40,917 bases of DNA. Origin: a virus (taxonomy: Duplodnaviria > Caudoviricetes). Positions 9,567 through 20,900 of the stretch are shown here, one piece after another. The stretch covers positions 1 to 40,917 of IMG/VR virus record IMGVR_UViG_3300020043_002142; one strand, written 5' to 3'. How positions within the stretch are numbered: the first letter of the stretch is position 1; the number at the start of each line of letters is the position of its first letter. Under the pieces are notes generated by a model that was given only the letters and a program-made list of their open reading frames with translations, had not been told where the DNA came from and made no database searches. The position numbers and the translations under genes were made by a program.

Positions 9567-10186
9567 GCTTGGGTTTAGGTTTAGGTTTAGCTGGTGGTTT
9601 GGCTGCGGCAGCGTCACGCCCTGCTGCGCCTGAGCCTATGTATACGCCAAGGCAAGAGCCGTCTTATGCGTATAACCCACCGCCTCCTGAGCCACCACCT
9701 CCGCCGCCCCCTCCTCCTGCTCCGCCGCCACCACCAGCGTCTGAGCCGGTTCCCCCGCCACCGCCTATCACTGCGCCAACGCCTCAGCCAGCGCCCATAT
9801 TCACGCCGCCACAGCCGCCGCAAGAATATGAGTGGATGCAAAACGGTTTTAATGTTGACGACACACCTGCGTACATCCAAGTGCATAAAGGTGCTGCGGG
9901 GAATGCGGCGGTACAGCTTCCACCAGAACCTGTTTACACGCCCCCTGAAGTACCTGACTATTTTGCACAGCAATTTGGGCCAGATGTTTATAGTCCAACA
10001 CCTGCTCCCGCATATACGCCTCCTCCAGAGCCTGTTTACACGCCCCCAGAGCCTGACTATTTTGCACAGCAGTTTGGTGGTGGAGAAACTGCCGGTGGTG
10101 GTTATGGGGGCTATGGCATAGACGACCGGTATTACGAGCAAATGTTTGCCAAGGGCGGTTTAATCGATCTTCTCCGTAGACGCTAA
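9533..10186 (+). CDS. Proline-rich -1 frame extension of the 6921 protein (217 extra aa; about 1088 aa fusion)
   Basis: The track ORF 9569..10186 has only a TTG start. It contains the internal repeat PEPVYTPPE-PDYFAQQFG twice and ends in MFAKGGLIDLLRRR, like neighbouring ejection proteins. Confidence 0.65.
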   Translation, partial: VDSAASSDGGGGLGLGLGLAGGLAAAASRPAAPEPMYTPRQEPSYAYNPPPPEPPPPPPPPPAPPPPPASEPVPPPPPITAPTPQPAPIFTPPQPPQEYEWMQNGFNVDDTPAYIQVHKGAAGNAAVQLPPEPVYTPPEVPDYFAQQFGPDVYSPTPAPAYTPPPEPVYTPPEPDYFAQQFGGGETAGGGYGGYGIDDRYYEQMFAKGGLIDLLRRR

Positions 10187-10230
10187 GAGAAATTTCAATA
10201 AAATGAGCACAGTTATTAGAAGGAATCATC

Positions 10231-11973
10231 ATGGGTATTGATCAACTTGTAAACGCATACAAAGGCAACCCACAGCCTTTGCAGGCTAAAGTGCAGCAGG
10301 CTCAAAAAGGTCAGCCTCCCGGAGCCATTCCACCTGATTTAGAAGAGGCTATTGCGCTTCAAAAGATTACTGAACTGCGTAACAGTGCGCAGGCTCAGCA
10401 AGCTATGCAAGCTGGCGGTGCTCAACCTTCTATCGTTGAGAAGCTGCGTCAGATGTTAAGTGCTGACCAGAGACAGCAGGCTCAACCCCCGCAGATGCCC
10501 CAAGGCGGCCCACAAGCTATGCCTCAAGGTGCGCCACAAGGCGCTCCTCAACCACCACAAGGCGTTGATGCTCTGCCAACTAATGTAGGCCAACAATACG
10601 CAGAAGGCGGCATTATTGGTAATGTTCGTCATTTTGATAATGGCGATCTTGTTGTTGACCCTATGGGTGGGGTTATTCAATCCAGCTCTGGCTCAAAAGA
10701 TGACCGCACTCTTTTGGAACGACTTGGTATTTTTAATCCAGAAAATCGTCGCGCTCTTGAAAGAGCTGAACGTCAGAGGCGTGAGCGTGAGGCATTGGGT
10801 TTAAAACCCGGAGAAGTTGAGCGTGGTCGTTTGCCAGATCCACGCGCATCCGCCACTCCATTCCCTAATGCAGAAGCTCAACTTGCTGCTTCTGCGGATT
10901 TTGCCGCTCAATCTCAACCTAAAACTCGTGTAAACGCTGCCCCCGCAGCAAGCAGCGGCGAATCTTCAACCGCTGGCTCTGGAGCGCCCGGGATGCCACG
11001 TAATTTGTCGTTTACACCATCGGCAGGTGGAGGCAATGAGTATTTAAGAAAAATGCTTGACCGTGATGAAGATGTCTTGGCAGGTGAAATGCGAGCCAAG
11101 TTTTTAAACGAAGTTGGCAAGAAAGATCTGTCCATTTACGATGAAATGGCAGCCGAACTAAAAGCCAGAAAAGAGCGTTTAAAAGGCCCAGAAAAAGGCT
11201 TTGACTCATTGATGGAGTACTTAGGCGCTATTGCTCAATCTGGCGGTGGCCGTAGTTGGATGGAAGCAGGCGCAAAAGGTGCTGCTGGCTTATCTGCATT
11301 GCAGAAAGCCCGCCAAGACCAACAAGACGCTCTGGTTGACAAGATCCTTGATCTTGGAGCCAAGAAGAAAGAAGCTGAATATGGTGAACGTCTTGGTATG
11401 TTTAACCTCACCAAAACTGAGAGAGACAAGATTATTCAAGACAAGAGGGCAGTCGCTGAAAAACTTGGTCTGTCTGAGGATAAAGAAAGAGAACTTATTC
11501 AGAACGCTTTGCTTGAAGAAGCCAAGATGAAGAACCAAATGGCTGTTGCTCGTATGGGTGGTCGTGATAATTTGGCTGAACGTGCGGCAAAGATTAGAGC
11601 TGAAAACCCCGGCATGTCTTTTGAAGAGTCTATTAGACGTGCAGCTTTGGCTGGTAGTGCAGCTTCAGTAGGTAGTACTGATGCACGTAGAGACAAAGCT
11701 TACATTGATGCTAAAAACAAGATTGATGAGCGTTTCCAGCATTTAATCAGCGACACTCCTTATGGCAAGAAACAAAAAGAGTTGTACGACAAAGCTATTT
11801 CCGATTTAAACGCTACGTTTGGTATAAGCGGTGGCGGTATAAACACACTGCCAGCCGCAGCACAACCAATTCCATCCGGAGCAAAACCAAGTGACTTGTC
11901 CGTTGGAACTGTTTATCAAACCGCCAGAGGCCCAGCAAAATGGAATGGTAAAGCATTTGAACCAGTGCAATAA
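10231..11973 (+). CDS. Putative internal virion/ejection protein
   Basis: 580 aa; Q/P-rich N-terminus, YAEGG motif, helical C-terminal half; AGAAGGAA RBS. Confidence 0.55.
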   Translation: MGIDQLVNAYKGNPQPLQAKVQQAQKGQPPGAIPPDLEEAIALQKITELRNSAQAQQAMQAGGAQPSIVEKLRQMLSADQRQQAQPPQMPQGGPQAMPQGAPQGAPQPPQGVDALPTNVGQQYAEGGIIGNVRHFDNGDLVVDPMGGVIQSSSGSKDDRTLLERLGIFNPENRRALERAERQRREREALGLKPGEVERGRLPDPRASATPFPNAEAQLAASADFAAQSQPKTRVNAAPAASSGESSTAGSGAPGMPRNLSFTPSAGGGNEYLRKMLDRDEDVLAGEMRAKFLNEVGKKDLSIYDEMAAELKARKERLKGPEKGFDSLMEYLGAIAQSGGGRSWMEAGAKGAAGLSALQKARQDQQDALVDKILDLGAKKKEAEYGERLGMFNLTKTERDKIIQDKRAVAEKLGLSEDKERELIQNALLEEAKMKNQMAVARMGGRDNLAERAAKIRAENPGMSFEESIRRAALAGSAASVGSTDARRDKAYIDAKNKIDERFQHLISDTPYGKKQKELYDKAISDLNATFGISGGGINTLPAAAQPIPSGAKPSDLSVGTVYQTARGPAKWNGKAFEPVQ

Positions 11974-11993
11974 TAGCCTCATAGGAGTTTGTA

Positions 11994-14900
11994 ATGGCAA
12001 AAGAATTCTCGTTTGAAGAGGCAATTGGCACACCTAAAGAGGAAAAAGAAAAGAAGTCGTTTTCTTTTCAAGAAGCCGTACAGCAACCAAGTGCTCCTTT
12101 TTCTCTTAAAAACCTAGGTCTTGCTTTCGGCCAAGGATTGACCGGTGCAACGCAAGACATTTCTAGTATTGCCGGTGCAACCAATCCTCTTGCTCAAGGC
12201 TTAGGTAGTTTGCAACAAACTGCTGGTGAGGCAATGACTCCTGAGCGCAGAGCTGAGATTCAACGTCGCCAACAAATTGAGAAAGCCGCAGAAGGCAACA
12301 CTTGGGAAGAGATCAAAGCCAAGCTTGGCGGTGTTGCTGAGGCTCCCCTTATAACAGCAGCAACAGTTGCTGGCGGTGTTGTTCCATACATAGCTGGTAC
12401 GCTTGCAGTCCCAGAGGTTGCTATTCCTGCAATGGTTGCAAGGCTTACCGGCCTTGGCATGTCTGCTAAGGCAGCGCAGAGGGTTGCCTCCGCAGTGCCT
12501 GTTACTGCCGTTGGTGGAGTGATGGGCCTTGGCGGTCAGAAAGCCCAAGACTACGACACAGTCAAACGTGAGTTGCTTGAAAAGGGTGTTAAAGAAGAAG
12601 AAGCGGAAATCCTTGCTCAAAAGGCCGCAGAGTATTCTTTAAAGAATCTTCCTAGACAAGCCGCAGCTGCTGGCGCTGGCGCATTTGAAGGCGCTATTGG
12701 TGCTGAAGGTTTGTTGAGCCGTGCTATTAAGAAGCCTCCTCAAATCCAAGGCAAACCAGTCAATATGCCTGAGCCAACTTGGAAAGAAGCAATTGCAAAA
12801 AGCACTGTTGGCGAAGCTTTGCCTGAAGGCCTTCAATCTGCGGTTGGCACTGCCGGAACGAACGTTGCTCTGACCGAGGCTGGTATCCCCACAGACATTA
12901 CCAAAGGCTTAGTGTCTAGCGCGGTACGCGATACATTAGTTGGCGGCCTCATGGGTACGGCTGTCTCTCCATTGAAAATGAGAGAGCTACGCCAAGAATA
13001 TGTAGCCAACGAAATAGAATCCCAAAGAGAATTTCAAAAGCAGCAGCGCGAAGAAATTGCTGCCGCAAAGAAGCGTTTAGACGATCAATTGGCAATGACC
13101 AAGAACCCTCTTGGATCATTCACTATGGAAGATCTTGGCCCAGACTTAGCCAAGACTGTTGAGCAACACCGTATTGATACAGGTAAGCCAGCACTTACAT
13201 CTTATGCTCTGGATGACATCATTGATGCTCTCCCCGGCGTAGACAAAGCCAAAGAGACAGAGAGTTTAAACGCATTAATTGCAGCCAAATCTGGCTACAC
13301 CAACGAGGTTTACACGCCTGCCCAGCTCATTGAGATTGCTCAGGCTAAGAACGTAGACAGTGCTGCACCTAGCTTTGCTGACTTTCTGTCCAGAACGACC
13401 GGTGTCAGTGATCCAATGCAGATGTCTCAGCCACAGCTTCATGCGGCTATTACGTCCTTAGATAAACTGCCCGGCTTTGCCGCACCGCAGGCTCTGCCTG
13501 AAGGCTCAAACGCCACCCGCTACAGCCCTGAGCAGCTGACAATTGCCATCGACAGTTTAAACGCCAAGATGGATTTGCTTGGCAAAGACGAGCTTGGATT
13601 TAAAGAGGCAGCCCAAACAATAGAAACAGCCACAGGACTTAAGGGTTCTGCGGTTAATGCGTTGGTTAATGATGCCATCCAAAAGGGCGATGTTGCCGCC
13701 AACGAAAACAAAACAATTAGCGTTCCCTCACGCACTATACCTACTGGATACGGCATTTCCGAGGAGTTTGGCGCAGAAGAAGAAGTCGCAGATGCGTATG
13801 ACATCATGCGTGGCGATGAGAAGCTGACCTCCGTGCCAGACCAGAAAGCCGCTGACACTCTCTTAGAGAAGCTGCAAAAGATTACAGAAGCTGACATCAA
13901 GAAAGTTGATGCAGATCTCAAGGCTATTGACGAGAAGACAGCCAAGTCTGAGGACGAACTAAACAGACTGATTGTTGAAGGCAAAGCTAACACTGCGGAA
14001 TACAAGGCCGCAGAGAAGGCTCATCAAGACCTGATGGATGCCTCTATGCCCACCATTGCAGAATTGGTGGCTAAGAAGGAGTCTTATGGTAAACCACTAG
14101 AAGCTGTTCCAACAGGCGTTAAAACAGTCAGGCCTGCGTCTTACATTGTGCGTAGGGGTGATGAGATCCGCACCATTGCACAAGACCGTGCTGCGGCTGA
14201 ACAGGCTATCTTTGAAGAACTATCTGAGGCAGACCTTCAAGACCTTGTAAAGCGGCCTTCGCCCGCGTTACAGCAGCGTGTAAACGCAGAGATCCAGCGC
14301 AGAGCAGCATTGCCGGTTACCGGCGCTCCTGCAACAGCGGTAACGCCTGAGCAACAAGTTAAATTAGATCAACTTAAAGTTGAGCTTCCAGCCCTGCTTA
14401 CCAAGTTTGGTTTGAAGGATGTTGGCCTCAAGATTGTTGATGCAATTGAAGGTGGTGCTGACGGCTCCTACCAAGCCAAGTTAATTCAGATTGCATTAAG
14501 CGCAGAAAACCCTATCACGACCCTGCGTCACGAGGCTATCCACGCTCTGAAAGAGTTAGGCTTCTTTACGCCTCAGCAATGGAAGGCATTGGAGCGTCAG
14601 GCTGAGAAGGAATGGGTACAAAAATACCTGAAGAACGTCAGGGTTGAAGTTGGTGGACAAACAATGTCCCGCTATGACGCTTATTCCAAAGGCGTAAAAG
14701 ATGCAAAAGGCGAGTTCATCCTAAAGCCGCTTAGCGCAGAATCTGTACTGGAAGAAGCTATTGCCGATGCCTTTGCTGACTTTGATGCAAACAAAGCGCC
14801 TCCCGGAATGTTGACTGCATTGTTGAACAAGATGCGCAACTTCTTCACTGCGCTGCGTAATCGTTTAAACGGTGCTGGATTCCAGACATACGAAGACGTG

Positions 14901-17900
14901 TTCGGTAAAGTTGAGAAGGGTCAGCTCAAAGCTACCGCTCCAGAGGTTGAGGTCGAGCAGAAATTTAGCCTTGCACCAGAAGGAATACCTCAAAAGCTTT
15001 GGGATTTGCATAACAAGGCTATGGCCGCTGATGAGGCAGCTAGTACTTGGAATGCTGGCTCTAGAAAAGCTAATGCAACCAAAGCAAGCAATCGTTTAGT
15101 TCGGGCTGTGGATGAATATTTCCCTGATGATTATCAGGCGCAAATGGCAATCATGACCAGAATGAATGAGGAATCCAGTAAGCGCGGAGAAGGCTTCTTT
15201 GGCACTCCAAAATTTAGTTTGGATACTAAAGCTGAAAAACGTCCAGAGACTACTGAATCTAAAAAATCTCTTGTTCGTGCTGCAGTTGAAGGCGAGACAG
15301 AGATCTCCACACGCAATCCACAAGGCGTTAAACGCACTAACGACCCCATCACAGACATGCTGTCAATTGATGAGGCGGCTGTACGTGAGGCCATGAAGGC
15401 CAACCCCGATATGTATAAACGCACCATCCAAGCCATTAAGGGTTATGGATTTGTGCCAAACAATACAGCACCTAACGATGTAATTAATGTGTTTAAACGC
15501 AACATCATTAGCAATTTGCTGTATCTCTATAACAAAGTTCCTGCGGATATTCGTGAGCGCAGTAAGCTTTGGTATGACGGTGCAAACCGTATTGCCACCG
15601 ACATGAGCAAGGAATACAAGGTTTCTATGGAGCAAGTGGCTGGCATCATGGCCGCCATGTCTCCTCAGAAAGACTGGTTCCAAAACGTTTCTATGGCTGA
15701 ACGTGCGTTGGACATCTTGACTGAACAAGGCGGTAAGTCTTGGGATGCCAACATGCTTAAATACGCTGAGAGCTACGTCAAAGAAGCTACCAGCCGCAAG
15801 GAGCGTGAAAAGCGTCAAGCAGCTTTTGACAAGATCAAAGGCGTAGCCCGTGCAAAAACAACTTTAAACGACATGTCGCAAGATGATGCGGCTGCGTTTA
15901 TACGTGCTTATGACGAGGCTTACAACTCCCGTCAATACAGAATTGTCACCCCAGAGGGTGGCTTTGGTGATTACGTTCGTAAGAATGATGGCGAGCCTGC
16001 CACCATGATGTGGTCTACATACGATCCAATCAAGAAGACTGTCAGCATTTTCCGTGATGGAAGTCGCAAAAACATTAGCGAGCAGTTGGGCGAAGAGCAC
16101 AAGATCCGTTCTTTCTACAACAACATTGCCGCTCCCAACAGCGACATTGGTCACGTAACAATTGATACCCACGCAGTTGCCGCAGGCTTGTTTGAGGCTT
16201 TGGCTGGCACAGACCAAGAAGTTATCCACAACTTTGGTGGCACGGGTAAGAACATCAATCTTGGTGTTGGCGGTACATACGGCATCATTGCCGATGCCTA
16301 CCGTGAAGCGGCTCAGCAAAAAGGTGTCCGTGCCCGTGAGATGCAATCCATCACATGGGAAGCTGTTCGTGGCTTGTTTGGTGAGAACATTAAGAGCACC
16401 ATCAAGCCTAAGATCCGTGCAGAGTGGACTAAGTACAAGACTGGTGAGCAATCATTTGATGCCACCCGTGAGAAAGTTATGGAGATTGCCGGTGGAATTG
16501 ACAACCCTGATTGGGTTGGAACTGGCGCTGGAGATTTTGTTGCCGACGGCGGATCAAGCTACGACAAAGCGTTTACACCAGAAGGTGGTGTGCGTCTGCG
16601 TGAAGAGAAGGACATCCGTGAGAAGTTAACCTTCAACCTGTCTGCGGTTACATCATCCATTCCCGGCCTGCGTGAGTTGTACCAACGTGCAATGGGGCGT
16701 GATAAAGAAGCCTACACCGTGCTCCAACGAGTTGCGGAAAGCTCTCTCAAGTTCTTGTTGAGTGGTACAGGTGCAAAGATTAATGTTGAGTACGCCAAGG
16801 GTGTGTATCTGTCAGACCGTGAGCCATCTATTTCTGTTGGAGTTGCATTCTCCGAAAAAGAAATGAGCAATGTGATGGCTGGCTTGGCTAAGTTTGCAGA
16901 AAGCTATAACCAACAACAGATCCATGTGCGCCAAGAGACTGCGCAGAAGTTTGGTCATAACTTTGGCGATGGCTCATACGCCACCGCAGTGTATGAAATT
17001 GACCTCAAAAAATCGTTAAACAACGAAGCTATTTCAAGAGTTATTGACGACAGCGGCCTACAAGGTTTTACAATCACAGATAAAACCCTGACTGCATATT
17101 TTGTAAGGACAGAAGGCAATGAACAAGACAACTTCAAATCTTTCGGAGAGCGGATCAAGCGAGTCCACGAATTGGTGGGAGACAGCTCTAGCCGACCTAG
17201 ACGAACAATTGAACGCCTCTACGTCTACGGAGAAGGATACGGAGCAAGGATCCCGTACAGCGAAGTCGCGTACCCTTCAAGCGACATTCGTACCAAGCAA
17301 GCGAGTGATACAGTAACTCCCAAGCTTATTGCTGAGTACTTAACAAAAGCTCCTGTTACAACGTTTAAACAGAAGCCACTTAGCGCCAAGCAGGTCAAAG
17401 AACAGGAAAAGTTATCTAGGGCATTTGATGCCATGCCTGTTAACGACTTGAAGAATCCGTTGGTCAAACGAGCCTACACTGCGTTGGCAAACTCTCTTAA
17501 AGAGCAATATCAAGTCATGCCTATTAAGGTTGAGTTGATGGAGACCATTGACGAGCCTTACGCCAACAGCGATGCTGTCCGTCGGGATGTGAGTGTAAAC
17601 AACAGATTTAAGGTTTACGCCACTTCTCCTGAGACATTTGGCCCACCCGGTTCAAACTTTAAAAATCATCCGCTGCTTAAAGACTCCGGGCTAAAGGATG
17701 TAAACGGCAAGCCAATGCTGTACAACGACTTGCTCCGTGCAGTCCATGATTACTTTGCCCACAACCTGACTGAGACTCAGTTTGGCCCTAATGGTGAAGC
17801 AGCCGCTTGGCGCAACCACATGTCTATCACGCCTGATCCGTTTGCACGTTGGGCATTGACATCAGAAACCCGTGCGCAAAATGCATGGCAAAACTTCCGT

Positions 17901-20900
17901 CCAGAAGCAAAAGGCTTGAGCCTTATTGAAAGAGGATTTGCAGATCAGAAGGCGGCTTTGCCACCTCTTGAGTTTGTGATGACTGGTGATGCAAAGATTG
18001 ACCAGCCTGTTACCGAGCTGAAGGAAGTGCTAACGCCCGAACAACAGCGTGGCAGTGTTCCAACTACGGCTAAGTACAGCCTGCGCAAGGCTCCAGAAAC
18101 ACCTGAGTTTAAACGCTTCTTTGGCCTCAGTAAGGTTGTCAACGACGACGGCACACCCAAAGTCATGTACCACGGCACTGCCCGGAACATTGATACGTTT
18201 AAACCACGTCAAGCTGGCGCTATTTTCCTGACTGAGAACCCAGAGTTTGCAGGCGAATACGCAGATGTTTCTGCTGAAAACAAAGCCCTTGAGCGTAATC
18301 TTTCTGATTACTCTGCACAGGAATTGGATAAAGCCAAGGTACAAGCCATTGCTGATGTCCGTGCATCCTATGGAAACAACAAAGAATCTGCCGGTCTTAT
18401 CAAAGAGATAAAGTCTGGCAACCCACAGGGTGAGGCTTTAGACTTCCTCAAGCTTGCCGCTGATAAGCTGTTCCCTGAAGCAGGTCAAAACATCATGCCT
18501 GTGTATGTGCGGGCTGAGCGACCATTTGACTACGAGAACCCAGATCATGTTGCTGCGCTTGGTTTAAACGACATAGACACAGAAGATCTTGCCAACAACG
18601 TGGCTAGACTTGAGTCTGACCGTGTCCAAGATGCAATTAGAGCCGCTGGCTTTGATGGTTTCTATATCAAACAGGGCAAGCAAAAGAACCTTGCAGTTTA
18701 TGACCCCGTGCAGATTAAGTCTGCCACAGGCAACGTAGGAACGTTTGACACAACAAATCCTGACATTCGTTACAGTCTGCGTAAGGTTCAAGACGAAGTA
18801 GATTCATTGCCTAACGGTTCGGCTATCAACGCTAGTATCAACAGAATCACTACCGCCCGTGAGCCAGAAGGCTTCTTTGAGCGCATCATTAATGCGTTTA
18901 AACCACAGAGCGTAGACGCGCTGCGCCAGCAATGGCTCAACCGCTACAACCAACTCGGTGTGTATGACAAAGAGCTTGCCAAGCAAATGGGTGGAGCCGC
19001 TCTCCTTGCTGATGCAAGCGCAGAATCTGCCGCTCTGATGTCTGACAATGCCGCCGCCATTGCGTCTATGGCTTGTGGTATCGATGGTAAAGGTGGCATT
19101 CCAGTCTTTAACAACGGCTTTACCACAGTTAGCAGTGCCAATGGTGAGAAGGGTGTCCTTGAGATCCTGATGCCTTTGGCTCAGATTGGTGATCCACGTA
19201 TCTATCAAACCTATCAGTTCTGGGCTGGCGCTAAGCGTGGTAAACGCTTGTTAGCCAATGGTAAAGATCATACTTACACCCCCGCAGAAATTGCTTACGC
19301 AGCGGAGCTGGAGAAGAAGTACCCTGAGTTTAAACAAGTCCAACAAGACTGGATCAAATACAACAACGGGCTGATGAAATACGCAGTGGCTACCGGTGTT
19401 CTTGCTCCAGAAAGAGCCGCAGAGTTCATGAAGTACTCTGACTACATCCCGTTCTATCGTCAGATAGACGGTGAGAACACTGTCGGCCCAAGACTGTTCC
19501 AAAACATCTCAGGAGTTACACCTCCTAAGAAGCTGACAGGTATCAAAGAAGGACAAGAAGCGCCTCTGGCTGACTTCCTAGAGACCATTGTTCGCAACAC
19601 TCAGTCCATCATTCAGTCTGGCATGAAGAACACTGCGGCACAACGTGCCATCGGTGCGGCTGTCCAGTTGAAGACTGCTCAAAAGCGCAATGACGTGTCA
19701 TACGCTCCCGGAGTTGTGACTGTCTTGGAGCGTGGTAAGCCTGTCTCCTACGATGTCTCAGATCAGTTGTTCATTGATGCGGTTAAGAGTTTAAACCTAC
19801 CAGAGTTGCCATTCCTAAGCATCTTCTCTGCGCCAGCCAATCTGCTGAGAAACCTGATCACCAAAGATCCGGGCTTTATGATGGCTAACTTGATGCGTGA
19901 CTCCTTGTCTGCGTGGGTTACCAGCGGCGCAAAGATGACTCCTATCGCCTCTACCATCTCTAACTTTGGCAAGGCCATCGGTGGCAAAGATCCCGCTTAC
20001 CTTGCCCTGCGCAATGCAGGTGTGATCGGTGGTTATGAGTTTGCTCAAGACATCAAAACAAGTGGCTCTGTCTTGGGTGCAAGTCTGCGTAGAGCAACGG
20101 GTACAGAGCAAGGTTCTGAGAAGGCTCTCAAGCCGTTTACAAGCCTCTGGCGTGGCCTAGAAAAGGGCACAGAGGCATCTGATGCCGCTACCCGTATGGC
20201 AGTCTACAAATCAACCTTGGAGCGTACAGGCAACGAGGCAGAAGCTATCTACCGCGCTATGGAAGTCTTGAACTTCAACCGCAAAGGTAACCTTGCCATT
20301 GTTCGTATTCTGACTGCGGCTGTGCCATTCTTGAATGCACGTATGCAGGGCTTGGATGTGTTCTACCGTGCCGCCTTTGGCAAGATGGCTAGTGAAGATG
20401 CGGCTGCAATTCAGCGTTCATTCTTCATCCGTGGTGCAACCCTCATGGCCCTGTCAGCCATGTATTGGTTCCTGACCCATGATGAAGAGGAATACATTAA
20501 CCAAGAGCAAGAGACACGAGACAACAATTGGTTGTTCCCGTCCGTGGGCATTCGGATCCCAATCCCGTTTGAGGTTGGTGTCCTGTTTAAAACAATCCCC
20601 GAGCGTCTGCTTGAGTACTCTTTCGGTAACGACACTGGTAAAGATCTAGCTGACTCTATGAAGCGTAACTTGATCAGCACCTTTGGTATCAACCCAATCC
20701 CGCAGACTTTCTTGCCATTGGTTGAGGCTCGCACCAACTACTCTTTCTTCACAATGAGACCCATTGTTGGACAGGGTATGGAAGGCGTAGCCACTGAGTA
20801 TCAGGTGTCTCCCGGAACTTCTGAGTTGGCTAAGACGGTCGGTAAGTCTATTGGCGAGTCCCCCATCATGGTTGATCACATCATCAAGGGATACACAGGC

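Noticed and set aside
9560-9600. GGTTTA x3 / G-rich run as a telomere-like or guide-like repeat
   Set aside because: Explained by Gly-Leu codons in the -1 frame
9594-10141. Arg-rich 175-aa ORFs on both strands
   Set aside because: Alternative-frame shadows of the proline-rich coding region
12201-20879. Many antisense ORFs within the giant gene
   Set aside because: No recognisable motifs; typical antisense shadows of a long coding region
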